From positions 286,085 to 350,084 of the forward strand of contig CAZYXJ010000001.1 of assembly GCA_964651115.1 (NCBI GenBank): DNA of 64,000 nucleotides. The letters are read 5' to 3'. Below the pieces are notes generated by a model that saw only the letters and a list, made by a program, of their open reading frames with translations, was not told the DNA's origin and did no database searches. Source of the stretch: an uncultured Candidatus Saccharibacteria bacterium (GTDB lineage: Bacteria > Patescibacteriota > Minisyncoccia > Phycocordibacterales > JACOZG01). Every line of letters starts with the position of its first letter. The stretch's first letter is position 1. Of the stretch, positions 40,785-49,761 are shown piece after piece. Both the position numbers and the translations under genes were made by a program.

Positions 40785-41549
40785 TTAGGGGGTCAAAATT
40801 TCGGCTGCCCCATCAGTGATCAAAACCGTCTTTTCAAAATGAGCGGCCGGCAAACCATCGGCCGTCCTAGTGGTATAGCCGTCCTCATCAAACAGCACCG
40901 CCTCGCTACCCAAAGTAAGCATCGGCTCAATCGCCACGACCATGCCGGGCCGGAGCTTGGGTCCAACGCCCCGTTTGCCATAATTGGGCACGTGAGGCTC
41001 CTCGTGGACCGCTCGACCAACGCCATGACCGGAAAGCTCCCGCACCACACCAAACCCCGCCTGACGCGCCAGCGCGGAAACAGCGTGGCCAATATCGCCA
41101 ACAGTATTACCCGCCCGGGCGGCCTTAATCCCGGCAGCCAGGGCCTCCTGGGTCGTCTTAAGTAGGGCGGCCAACTCGGGCTTAATTTCGCCCACCGGCA
41201 CCGTCAGCGCCATGTCGGTAAACAAGCCGGCGTGACACAAACCCAAATCCAACCCAACAATATCGCCGGCTTGCAAAACTTGCTCAGTTGCTGGCAAGCC
41301 ATGGACAATCACCTCGTTAACCGAAGTGCAGAGTGCCGCTGGGTAAGGCGTGGGCGCGCCGGCGGGCTGATAATGCAAAAAAGATGGAGTGTCGCCGCCG
41401 GCGCGCACCAACCGCTCGGCCGCCTCATTAAGTTCGGCCGTCGTTACCCCCGGCTTAACTAAGGCCGCCAAAGAATGCAAAATTTGAGACAGTCGCGCAC
41501 CCCCCGTGCGCAGGTGGGCAATTTCGGCTGGCGTCTTAATCGTAATCAT
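40785..41549 (-). CDS. map: type I methionine aminopeptidase
   Basis: Conserved metal ligands in a typical MetAP-1 fold. Length 254 aa. Confidence 0.95.
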   Translation of the reverse strand: MITIKTPAEIAHLRTGGARLSQILHSLAALVKPGVTTAELNEAAERLVRAGGDTPSFLHYQPAGAPTPYPAALCTSVNEVIVHGLPATEQVLQAGDIVGLDLGLCHAGLFTDMALTVPVGEIKPELAALLKTTQEALAAGIKAARAGNTVGDIGHAVSALARQAGFGVVRELSGHGVGRAVHEEPHVPNYGKRGVGPKLRPGMVVAIEPMLTLGSEAVLFDEDGYTTRTADGLPAAHFEKTVLITDGAAEILTP

Positions 41550-42145
41550 AGCTTGGCGATGATCTCCTGATGAACAGCCTCGATGGGCTGCTCGCCATTG
41601 ACCTCGACAAATCTATATTCGGGTCGAGAACGGAAAAAGTCAATCGCGGGCTGGACCTCAGACTCAAACCAGGTCAATCGCGCCTCAATATCGGCCGCCG
41701 AAAGATCGTCGGCTCGACCACGTCCCCGCAAGCGCTCGACGGCCCAATCATGAGAGACGGCTAGATGGAAAATCGTGGCCGGCTGACGTCCGTAAAAAGC
41801 AAAGGCCGTACCCAACATCTGAGCCTCCAGCAAAGAGCGCGGCGCGCCATCAATCACGATGTGCTCGTGGCCAGTAAAATTGGCGACGAGCGGCTGTGAC
41901 CAATTCCAAACCGCCAAAAAATCCGGAAAGCGGCCGCCGGTCTCCATCAAGCGTCGCGCTCGATCCACCGTCTCTCCCCGCCCCGTTGAGATCAGCTCTC
42001 TCAACAATTTGCCGGTTTGGATGTAGATCACCGGCACCTCAGGCGAGCGCTCTCCCAAATACTTAAGAAGCTCAGCCGACTGAGTCCCCTTGCCACAGCC
42101 CGAGCGCCCCACCAATACCACCGTCTGGGGAGCAAGATCGGACAT
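41546..42145 (-). CDS. adk: adenylate kinase
   Basis: P-loop GRSGCGKGTQ. It sits in the secY-adk-map position of the spc operon. The start is the internal ATG at 42145. Confidence 0.85.
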   Translation of the reverse strand: MSDLAPQTVVLVGRSGCGKGTQSAELLKYLGERSPEVPVIYIQTGKLLRELISTGRGETVDRARRLMETGGRFPDFLAVWNWSQPLVANFTGHEHIVIDGAPRSLLEAQMLGTAFAFYGRQPATIFHLAVSHDWAVERLRGRGRADDLSAADIEARLTWFESEVQPAIDFFRSRPEYRFVEVNGEQPIEAVHQEIIAKL

Positions 42146-42146
42146 T

Positions 42147-42344
42147 TTAGCTAAAGATAAAGTAAATAACGGCGGCGGCCACCAAACAGACCACGGCCAC
42201 GACCAACAAAAACAAGTTGGCCTTGGCCTCATCATCGGTGCCCATAATCTTCATCGCCAAACCTACCAACGCACTCTGCTTACCTCCGCGGTAGTCACCG
42301 CCAGTAAACTGGGGTTCGCCCGGGTTAAATTGTACATCAGACAT
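42147..42344 (-). CDS. candidate small C-tail-anchored membrane protein (65 aa)
   Basis: ORF lying exactly between secY and adk. C-terminal TM LFLLVVAVVCLVAAAVIYFIF. No clear SD. Confidence 0.3.
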   Translation of the reverse strand: MSDVQFNPGEPQFTGGDYRGGKQSALVGLAMKIMGTDDEAKANLFLLVVAVVCLVAAAVIYFIFS

Positions 42345-42359
42345 AGGGCTATTATAACC

Positions 42360-43631
42360 CTAGTACTCGCGCATCGCCAACTGAGCATCCACCTGTTTGG
42401 TGAATTCGAGAGCCACCGAGACCACAATCAACAAAGAAGTACCGCCAATAGCCAGTGCCGCCATCCCCGTAATTGCCTGCATGACCAAGGGCAACATCGC
42501 CACAATCGCCAAGAAGAGCGCTCCCACAAAGGTTAAGCGATATAAAACATTGGCCACGTATTCGGCCGTGGGACGTCCAGGACGGATACCGGGAATAAAC
42601 GAGCCACTGCGTTGCAAGTTATTAGCCAAGGATTCGGGATCAAAGGTGATCGCCGAATAGAAGTAGGTGAAAACGAACACCAACACAAAGTACAACGCGG
42701 CGTAAATCCAAGAGTTGCTAAGAATCGACAAAATAATATCCGAAATTGAACGGAGAGTGCCGTTATCGAGGCGCGCCAAGAAGTTAGCAATCATTTGAGG
42801 GAAGAGTAAAATCGACAAAGCAAAGATGATCGGCATTACTCCCGCCTGATTAAGCCGCACCGGCAAATAAGAAGAGGCGCCGCCATAAACCCGGCTACCG
42901 CGCACTTGCTTAGCTTGGGTCACGGGGATAGGACGCTCCGCTTCGGTTACGGTTACCACGCCACCAATGATCACCGCGATCGCCACCGCCATTCCCAAAT
43001 AGAGAGGCACTTGGCTCGGCTCAAAGTTAGCGACCAGCTGACCAATAATGCTTGGCGCGCGCGAAGCGATACCAGCAAAAATAATCAGCGACACGCCGTT
43101 GCCAATACCATACTCGTTAATCAGCTCGCCCAACCACATCAAGAGCAAACAACCAGCGGTGATCGTCAAAAGATTTAAAGCACTATCGACCACCCCCAAA
43201 GGCGAGATAATTCCTTGGCCCTCGAGCAAAGTCAACAAACCCCAACCCTGCATCAAAGCCAAGGGCACTGTTAACAAACGAGAATATTGAGTAAACTGAC
43301 GGCGACCAAGCTCTCCGGACTCATGCCAGATCTCCTTTAGCTTGGGGATCATCATCGACAACAACTGCAAAATAATTGAAGCGGTAATGAACGGCCCTAC
43401 GCCCAACATAAAAATTGAAAGATTGGATAAGCCGCCACCAGAGAAAATGTTGAGCAAACCAAAAAATTGATTGCCCGACAAAAAACGCTCCAGCGCCAAA
43501 GTGTTGACCCCCGGCACGGGGATCGCGGCGCCTAAACGAAAAACTAACAGCACCCCCACCACGAAGAGGATCCGCTTTAAGAGCGGCGCATCGTGGATAA
43601 GGAGGCGCAACTTTTGAGAAAAAGAGTTCAT
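42360..43631 (-). CDS. secY: preprotein translocase subunit SecY
   Basis: 423 aa, 10-TM SecY topology. Confidence 0.95.
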   Translation of the reverse strand: MNSFSQKLRLLIHDAPLLKRILFVVGVLLVFRLGAAIPVPGVNTLALERFLSGNQFFGLLNIFSGGGLSNLSIFMLGVGPFITASIILQLLSMMIPKLKEIWHESGELGRRQFTQYSRLLTVPLALMQGWGLLTLLEGQGIISPLGVVDSALNLLTITAGCLLLMWLGELINEYGIGNGVSLIIFAGIASRAPSIIGQLVANFEPSQVPLYLGMAVAIAVIIGGVVTVTEAERPIPVTQAKQVRGSRVYGGASSYLPVRLNQAGVMPIIFALSILLFPQMIANFLARLDNGTLRSISDIILSILSNSWIYAALYFVLVFVFTYFYSAITFDPESLANNLQRSGSFIPGIRPGRPTAEYVANVLYRLTFVGALFLAIVAMLPLVMQAITGMAALAIGGTSLLIVVSVALEFTKQVDAQLAMREY

Positions 43632-43639
43632 GAGTTTAA

Positions 43640-44071
43640 TTATTTAACACTACCGCCCACCTGCTCAATCTTTTGGCGAGCCTGAGCCGACAATGGCAAA
43701 CCCTTAATTACCAACGGCTTCGTCACCGCTCCCGTGCTCAAAATTTTGACCAGCGGCACCCGGCCACTATCACGACCAATAATCCCCGCCTCCATCAGAG
43801 TTTTCATTGTTACCACCGAACCACTCGGCAAACGATCCAGTGCAGTCAAAGTCACGACGACTGGTCGAGTTGGGACGATAGACTTAAAGCGATAGCCACG
43901 GCGCTTAGGCAGCTTCTTAATGATGTCTCGAAGCTCTGGGCGCAACTTGCGTCCCGCACGAGCCTTCTGACCCTTGGTACCGCGTCCCGCCGTCTTACCA
44001 CGCTTGCCACCGCGAGCTACCTGGCGGTGCTTGCGATTAGCGCTTGGTCGAGTTAATTCGTGGATCTGCAT
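43640..44071 (-). CDS. rplO: 50S ribosomal protein L15
   Basis: Gly/Arg-rich N-terminus GGKRGKTAGRGTKGQKAR. Confidence 0.9.
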   Translation of the reverse strand: MQIHELTRPSANRKHRQVARGGKRGKTAGRGTKGQKARAGRKLRPELRDIIKKLPKRRGYRFKSIVPTRPVVVTLTALDRLPSGSVVTMKTLMEAGIIGRDSGRVPLVKILSTGAVTKPLVIKGLPLSAQARQKIEQVGGSVK

Positions 44072-44077
44072 AAAAAT

Positions 44078-44635
44078 TTACTTACGGATAAATTGGCGCA
44101 ACGCCGTAATCGTTACTCGCGCGTTATTAAGCTTGTTCTTGCTCTTGGAAGTAAACTTGGCGGAAACATCTTTGACGCCGGCCAGCTCCAACAGGGCACG
44201 AGCCGAGGAGCCAGCAATCAAACCGCGTCCCGGGGCTGGGCGTAAAACAATCTTCGAGCTCGCAAACTTGGCTGACACCTCGTGAGGGATCGAATTGGTT
44301 TTTGACAAAGGCAAGTCCATCAAACCTTTCTTAGCATCGCGGACAGCCTTATCGATCGCGGCCGAAACGTCACCGCCCTTACCAACACCCAAACCAACCT
44401 TGCCGCGACGATTGCCGATTGCCATCACGATGGAAAAGCTAAAGCGACGACCACCACGGACCACGCGAGTCACGCGTCGGACGTCTAAGGTCTTCTGGTC
44501 GTATTCTGGTTTTGGTCGATCTTCTCGTCCTCGACCGCCGCCCGGGCGGCCGCCTCGGCCGCCGCGGCCGGCAGGCCGCTGGCCGCGATTAGCGGCTGGG
44601 GCACTGGCTGGAATGTTTGGTGTAGTTTCGGTCAT
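44078..44635 (-). CDS. rpsE: 30S ribosomal protein S5
   Basis: S5 dsRBD core with an N-terminal Gly/Arg-rich extension. Confidence 0.9.
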   Translation of the reverse strand: MTETTPNIPASAPAANRGQRPAGRGGRGGRPGGGRGREDRPKPEYDQKTLDVRRVTRVVRGGRRFSFSIVMAIGNRRGKVGLGVGKGGDVSAAIDKAVRDAKKGLMDLPLSKTNSIPHEVSAKFASSKIVLRPAPGRGLIAGSSARALLELAGVKDVSAKFTSKSKNKLNNARVTITALRQFIRK

Positions 44636-44638
44636 AAA

Positions 44639-45025
44639 TTAAAATTGAAGTCCGCCTTCGCGAGCGCCATCAGCTAAGGCCTTAACGCGCCCAGCATAAC
44701 GATAGCCACCTCGATCAAACGCTACGGCCGTGATCTTATTCTCCACCGCTCGACGCGCCAAAAGCTTGCCGACTAAAAACGCCTGAGGCACCTTGGTAAA
44801 GCCAACATCTTCGGCGCGCTTGCCCTCAGCCAAACCTTTCTCCGTCTTTAAATCTCGCTCACTGGCGGCCACCAAAGTCTTGCCCGTCGTATCGTCAATT
44901 ACCTGAGCGTAAATCACCCGATTAGAACGGAAGACCGACAAGCGAGGTCGAGCGGCCACGCCAGACACGCGAGCTCGAACTCGATGATGGCGGCGCTTTC
45001 GTTTATTTGCAAAAATAGTTTTCAT
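44639..45025 (-). CDS. rplR: 50S ribosomal protein L18
   Basis: 128 aa, in the conserved L18 position of the spc operon. Confidence 0.9.
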   Translation of the reverse strand: MKTIFANKRKRRHHRVRARVSGVAARPRLSVFRSNRVIYAQVIDDTTGKTLVAASERDLKTEKGLAEGKRAEDVGFTKVPQAFLVGKLLARRAVENKITAVAFDRGGYRYAGRVKALADGAREGGLQF

Positions 45026-45029
45026 AATT

Positions 45030-45566
45030 TTAAGCCACTACGCGCTTACCCTCCTTGCGACGAACCACTTCGTTTTCGTAACGAATCCCCTTGCCCTTGT
45101 AAGGTTCTGGCTTTTTAAGGGCCCGAATCTTGGCGGCAAAACCACCGACCAACTCCTTGTCGCTACCGCTGATGGTCACCACCCCCTTCTCGACCGCCAC
45201 CGTGATTTCGTTCGGGATAGCCACTTCGACCTGGTGAGACAAACCAAGATTTAAAACCAACTTCTGGCCAGAAACAGCGGCGCGATAACCCACGCCTTCG
45301 ATAATTAGTTTTTTAGTGTAACCAGTTGTCACACCGTCAATCATATTTAAAAGATGGGAAGCATAGGTTCCCCACAAAGCTTGAGTCTCCATGTCGTGAC
45401 GTACGGGCTTAAGGTTAATCACTCCCCCCTCGATCGCAATCGTCACTACCGGCTTAAAGTGACGCGTCAAAGTTCCGCGCGTTCCCCGAACGCTGACCGT
45501 TTCGCCCTCTTGCCGGACTTCTACGCCCGCGGGAATCGTGATTTGTTTTTTGCCGACGCGTGACAT
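45030..45566 (-). CDS. rplF: 50S ribosomal protein L6
   Basis: [12 protein letters not shown]... Internal start chosen to avoid overlap with rpsH. Confidence 0.9.
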   Translation of the reverse strand: MSRVGKKQITIPAGVEVRQEGETVSVRGTRGTLTRHFKPVVTIAIEGGVINLKPVRHDMETQALWGTYASHLLNMIDGVTTGYTKKLIIEGVGYRAAVSGQKLVLNLGLSHQVEVAIPNEITVAVEKGVVTISGSDKELVGGFAAKIRALKKPEPYKGKGIRYENEVVRRKEGKRVVA

Positions 45567-45574
45567 AAATATAA

Positions 45575-45967
45575 TTACCAAAGAGTAAACAAAATTTCGC
45601 CGCCCAACTTCTCAGTGCGGGCCTCACGGTCCGTCTTAAGACCACGCGAAGTCGAATAAACAGCTAAACCGTGTCCCTGGCGAATCGGTCGGATGTCTCC
45701 CACCTGATGATAGACTCGACGCGAAGGCTTGGAGATCCGACGGACCTCATGGATGCGAGGCTCCTCGCCCTCATAAGCCAACTCCAATTCCAAAAACTTT
45801 TTCACCTTCTTGCCGCGTTTAGTGATGACCTTAAGGTAACCCTCGCGCTTGAGCAATTCGGCAATCTGATTTTTAAATTCCGAGTAAGGGACTGACGCTT
45901 CGCGATTGCCGGTCATCCCAGCATTCTTGAGGCGAATCATCATATCAGAAATTGGATCGGTGACCAT
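45575..45967 (-). CDS. rpsH: 30S ribosomal protein S8
   Basis: 130 aa, in the conserved S8 position. Confidence 0.9.
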   Translation of the reverse strand: MVTDPISDMMIRLKNAGMTGNREASVPYSEFKNQIAELLKREGYLKVITKRGKKVKKFLELELAYEGEEPRIHEVRRISKPSRRVYHQVGDIRPIRQGHGLAVYSTSRGLKTDREARTEKLGGEILFTLW

Positions 45968-45970
45968 AAA

Positions 45971-46156
45971 TTACCAAGAAGACTTCTTAATGCCTGGCAC
46001 TCGACCCTCATTGGCCAACTCCCGGAAACAAATCCGGCACAGGCCAAAGGCGCGCATAAACGCCCGCTTACGACCGCAACGGAAACAGCGCCGAACCACC
46101 CGAGTGCTAAACTTCGGGGTTTTTTTCGATCGAGCGATGACAGACGTTTTAGCCAT
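45971..46156 (-). CDS. rpsZ: 30S ribosomal protein S14 type Z (zinc-binding)
   Basis: 61 aa with CxxC...CxxC (CFRCGRK...CRIC). Confidence 0.9.
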   Translation of the reverse strand: MAKTSVIARSKKTPKFSTRVVRRCFRCGRKRAFMRAFGLCRICFRELANEGRVPGIKKSSW

Positions 46157-46222
46157 AGGCGTAGCCGCTATCCTAACAGGAGGTCAAGCGGAAGTCAACT
46201 AAATTATTAAGCAAACTAGCCA

Positions 46223-46759
46223 TTATTTCTTAAATGGCACCCCAATTAGGTCAAATAAGGCCCGAGCTTCTTTGGGGGTGCGAGCCGAGGTGGTTAAGGT
46301 AACGCTTAAACCAAACACATCCTTAATATCTTCGTCGGCCGTCTCAGGAAAGATCGTATGCTCTTTAATGCCGATCGTTAAGTTACCCATATTGTCGATG
46401 GCCTTAGCGTCAAAGCCACGAAAGTCACGGATTCGCGGCACGGCAGCGTTAAAGAAGCGGTCCAAAAAGCCATACATGCGCAAGCCGCGAAGCGTCACCG
46501 CCAAACCCACGATGTCGCCCTGGCGCAACTTAAAGCTGGCGATCGACTTCTTAGCACCGCGGAGAGCGGGCTTCTGGCCGGTAATTCGAGTCAAACGATC
46601 AGTGATAAACTCCACTCGCTTCTTGTCGCCCTTGATCTTGCCCACCCCCGTCGAGACCACGACCTTTTGCAAGCGAGGCAAAGCCCACACGTTATCGTGA
46701 CCAGAAGTTTTCTTAAGCTCAACACTGCCTTTATTAATTTTTTCTTTAATTCCTGTCAT
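46223..46759 (-). CDS. rplE: 50S ribosomal protein L5
   Basis: 178 aa, in the conserved L5 position. Confidence 0.9.
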   Translation of the reverse strand: MTGIKEKINKGSVELKKTSGHDNVWALPRLQKVVVSTGVGKIKGDKKRVEFITDRLTRITGQKPALRGAKKSIASFKLRQGDIVGLAVTLRGLRMYGFLDRFFNAAVPRIRDFRGFDAKAIDNMGNLTIGIKEHTIFPETADEDIKDVFGLSVTLTTSARTPKEARALFDLIGVPFKK

Positions 46760-46768
46760 AAAATATTT

Positions 46769-47074
46769 TTACAAACTAGTGCCGCAGGTCTTGCAAACGC
46801 GCGTCCTTTTGCCACTTACCTCCTTGATTCCGGTCCGGACTCCCTTTTTACACTTAGCACACTTAAGGGCCACGTTAGAAACATGGAGCGGCGCTGGGCG
46901 CTCAACCACCTGGCCCTTCTTGCCCTGCTGACGAGCGCGCTCGCGGCGCTTAACCAAGTTAATCCCCTCCACCACCACTCGGTCGAGTTCTGGCCAAGAG
47001 CGGACCACCAAACCCTCGCGGCCCCGATCCTTTCCCGTCAACACTATTACGTTGTCACCTTTTTTGATCTTCAT
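46769..47074 (-). CDS. rplX: 50S ribosomal protein L24 with C-terminal zinc-ribbon extension
   Basis: KOW motif at the N-terminus. C-terminal CAKCKK...CKTCG. Confidence 0.85.
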   Translation of the reverse strand: MKIKKGDNVIVLTGKDRGREGLVVRSWPELDRVVVEGINLVKRRERARQQGKKGQVVERPAPLHVSNVALKCAKCKKGVRTGIKEVSGKRTRVCKTCGTSL

Positions 47075-47078
47075 ATAT

Positions 47079-47450
47079 TTAAACTACCTCAGGAGCCAAA
47101 GAGGCGATTTTCTGATAACCTCGCTCCGCCAACTCGCGAGGAATGGGCCCGAAAATGCGGCCACCGCGCGGATCCTGCTTACCCTTTTCCAGTAGAACGA
47201 CGGCATTCTCATCAAAACGAACATAAGAACCGTCCGTGCGCCGAAAGGGTTTGCGCTGGCGCACCACCACCGCTTGGCAAACATCCTTTTTCTTGACGGC
47301 CTTTTTCGGCTCAGCAATCTGCACCGACAAAACCACCAAATCACCGATTTCGGCATAGCGGCGCTTTGATCCACCAAGCACCTTAAAGATGCGGCCAACT
47401 TTAGCGCCGGTATTATCTGCAATTTTTACGATGGATCGTGGCTGAATCAT
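47079..47450 (-). CDS. rplN: 50S ribosomal protein L14
   Basis: MIQPRSIVKIADNTGAK... Confidence 0.95.
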   Translation of the reverse strand: MIQPRSIVKIADNTGAKVGRIFKVLGGSKRRYAEIGDLVVLSVQIAEPKKAVKKKDVCQAVVVRQRKPFRRTDGSYVRFDENAVVLLEKGKQDPRGGRIFGPIPRELAERGYQKIASLAPEVV

Positions 47451-47452
47451 AT

Positions 47453-47698
47453 TTAAGCAATAACTTCGTGATGCTTATCCTTGGAGAGCGGCCGGGTCTC
47501 CCGAATGCGAACCTTGTCGCCAACTTTAGCCCCCACCTCGTTGTGCGCCTTAAACTTCTTGGTGAGCGTCATATACTTACCATACTTCGGATGCTTTACA
47601 AAGCGCTTCACCAAAACCACGACGGTTTTTACCATCTTGTCAGAAACTACCACCCCCTCCAATACTTTGCCCTTAGTTGTAAATTTTTTCGTGGTCAT
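47453..47698 (-). CDS. rpsQ: 30S ribosomal protein S17
   Basis: 81 aa with an OB-fold S17 pattern. Confidence 0.9.
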   Translation of the reverse strand: MTTKKFTTKGKVLEGVVVSDKMVKTVVVLVKRFVKHPKYGKYMTLTKKFKAHNEVGAKVGDKVRIRETRPLSKDKHHEVIA

Positions 47699-47700
47699 AA

Positions 47701-47898
47701 TTATTTTTGCGTCACCTTAACCCCGCGCAAGGCCGTCAAAATTCGAGCAATTTGACGTCGGGTATTGCGTCCGTCCTTAACATTAGTCGTTCGACTACCC
47801 GTCGAAGCGAAACGAAATTGTCGCAAAGCGCCTCGCTTCTCGGCCAAGAGCGAAGTTAATTCGGAAACCGTTTTAGTGCTGAGTTCTTTGTATTCCAT
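47701..47898 (-). CDS. rpmC: 50S ribosomal protein L29
   Basis: 65 aa helical protein, in the conserved L29 position. Confidence 0.85.
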   Translation of the reverse strand: MEYKELSTKTVSELTSLLAEKRGALRQFRFASTGSRTTNVKDGRNTRRQIARILTALRGVKVTQK

Positions 47899-47902
47899 AA
47901 GA

Positions 47903-48322
47903 TTATTGGCGCAATACCACCTTGGTCTTAATTGGCAACTTGGCTCCCGCCTTGCGCAAAGCCTCTTTGGCCGTCACGGGCTCAACACCATCAACCTCAA
48001 ACAACATTCGACCTGGCCAAACCTGAAATTCGTAGCCAGAAAGATCGCCCTTGCCGCCACCCATGCCCACCTCCGCCGCCTTTTGCGTGTAAGGTCGATC
48101 AGGGAAAATTCGGATCCAGAGCTTACCCGTCTTTTTGATCTCATGCATGATCGTCTTGCGGGCCGCCTCAATCTGATTAGAACGCACCCGGCCGGCCGCA
48201 ACCGCCTTCATTCCGACAGAACCGAAAGCCAAAGTTACTCCCCGAGTCTCGATTCGAGGCTTCGCCGGGTTGCGGCGCATGGTATGCCATTTGCGATGCT
48301 TAACTTTCTTGGGGAGTAACAT
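47903..48322 (-). CDS. rplP: 50S ribosomal protein L16
   Basis: MLLPKKVKHRKWH... Confidence 0.95.
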   Translation of the reverse strand: MLLPKKVKHRKWHTMRRNPAKPRIETRGVTLAFGSVGMKAVAAGRVRSNQIEAARKTIMHEIKKTGKLWIRIFPDRPYTQKAAEVGMGGGKGDLSGYEFQVWPGRMLFEVDGVEPVTAKEALRKAGAKLPIKTKVVLRQ

Positions 48323-48328
48323 GGTAAT

Positions 48329-48985
48329 TTATTTATCAAAAATTTCTCCGCGGTAAATCCAAACCTTAACGCCAATCACGCCGTAAGACAAATAAGCCTT
48401 CTCACGAGCGAAATCAATATCGGCCCGCAAAGTCTGGAGCGGCAACCGGCCCTTTTTGTAAGACTCGTAGCGACCCATCTCGGCGCCACCTAATCGGCCT
48501 GAGAGCGCCACCTTAACTCCCTCCACCGAGCGGTTAGCCAGCACCTTCTCGACCGTCTGCTTGGCCACGCGCTTAAAGGGCATCCGCTTCTCCAGGCCCT
48601 CCACGATCATCTGGGCGGCAATGCGAGCATGAGCCTCGGGGTTCTTAACCTCCTCAATATCCAAACGAAACTCTTTAGGAATCTCGGCCTTAATCTTCTT
48701 TAAAAACTTAGCGATGTCCTGCTTGAGACGATTAGAACCTTCGCCCGATCGACCAATCACCATGCCCGGTCGTGACGTCTTAACAATCACCCGCAAAGAA
48801 TGAGCCCCGCGCTCGATCTCCAAAGAATCCACAAAAAATCCTCGAAGACGCTTTTCCAAAAACTCGCGCAACAGAACGTCGGCCTTCAAAAACTCTTGAT
48901 ACTTCCCGCGAACGCCAAACCAGCGCGACTGCCAATCGCGAATAATGCCGAGACGATGAGAATAAGGATGGACTTTGTGACTCAT
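48329..48985 (-). CDS. rpsC: 30S ribosomal protein S3
   Basis: KH domain plus S3 C-terminal domain. Length 218 aa. Confidence 0.95.
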   Translation of the reverse strand: MSHKVHPYSHRLGIIRDWQSRWFGVRGKYQEFLKADVLLREFLEKRLRGFFVDSLEIERGAHSLRVIVKTSRPGMVIGRSGEGSNRLKQDIAKFLKKIKAEIPKEFRLDIEEVKNPEAHARIAAQMIVEGLEKRMPFKRVAKQTVEKVLANRSVEGVKVALSGRLGGAEMGRYESYKKGRLPLQTLRADIDFAREKAYLSYGVIGVKVWIYRGEIFDK

Positions 48986-48988
48986 AAA

Positions 48989-49315
48989 TTATTTCTTGGG
49001 AGCGAGCTCCACTACCACGTGACTTGATCGTTTTAAAATTTGCGCTCCCCGACCCATGGCTCGCGGCATCATGCGCTTAAGCACTTGGCCACCATCAACG
49101 CGCACGCTCTTAATTACCAGTTCACCCTCGTGTTTACTATTAGTACGAGCGTTAGCGACCGCCGATTTAATCAACTTAGCCATCGGCTCAGCGCTACGCT
49201 TCGCCAAAAAAGTAAGCTGATCCAGAGCGGCTGGTACTGACTTGCCCCTCACCAAACCCGCCACCAAACGCATCTTGCGGGGAGAAATTCGAAAATTGGA
49301 GAGCGAAGCCTTCAT
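48989..49315 (-). CDS. rplV: 50S ribosomal protein L22
   Basis: 108 aa, in the conserved L22 position. Confidence 0.9.
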   Translation of the reverse strand: MKASLSNFRISPRKMRLVAGLVRGKSVPAALDQLTFLAKRSAEPMAKLIKSAVANARTNSKHEGELVIKSVRVDGGQVLKRMMPRAMGRGAQILKRSSHVVVELAPKK

Positions 49316-49323
49316 AAAATCAA

Positions 49324-49665
49324 TTATTTCTTAGCTTCGGGGGTAGCGCTCGCGGCCTTAGCAGCAGCAATCTCGCTCTCGCGCTTCTTCTGCTCTAACT
49401 CCTTTTGCATCTTACCACCATGCTTAATAAACTTACGCGTCAGAGAAAACTCACCCAACTTGTGGCCGACCATATCTTCGGTCACCAAAACCTCCACGTG
49501 GTCACGACCATTGTGGACGCCGAACTTGAAGCCGACCATTTCTGGGCTGATCGAGGAGCGACGAGCCCAAGTTTTGATCACATTAGACTCGCCCGGCTTC
49601 TTACCGGCGATTTTCTTCAATAATTTGGGGTCCACATAGGGCCCCTTGGCGAGCGATCGTGACAT
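49324..49665 (-). CDS. rpsS: 30S ribosomal protein S19 with Lys/Glu-rich C-terminal extension
   Basis: S19 core [11 protein letters not shown]... plus a charged tail of about 20 aa. Confidence 0.9.
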   Translation of the reverse strand: MSRSLAKGPYVDPKLLKKIAGKKPGESNVIKTWARRSSISPEMVGFKFGVHNGRDHVEVLVTEDMVGHKLGEFSLTRKFIKHGGKMQKELEQKKRESEIAAAKAASATPEAKK

Positions 49666-49714
49666 AGATAAAGGAAAACACTGTCATCCACCATGGCGGA
49701 CTAGACAGTGTTCC

Positions 49715-49742
49715 ATATTAACAGAACTCTTTTCGATGTCAA
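49715..49742 (-). promoter_or_regulatory. candidate sigma70-like promoter driving rpsS and the downstream operon
   Basis: On the minus strand, TTGACA then a 16-nt spacer then TAATAT, directly upstream of rpsS. It is followed by a perfect 9-bp inverted repeat (49677..49712) and a T-rich tract. Confidence 0.45.
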
Positions 49743-49761
49743 CTAAGCCCTGTTTTTGGTC

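Noticed and set aside
46272-48319. Several 100-200-aa plus-strand ORFs (46272..46700, 46667..47296, 47438..47755, 47765..48319)
   Set aside because: All are antisense to well-identified ribosomal protein genes and are shadow ORFs.
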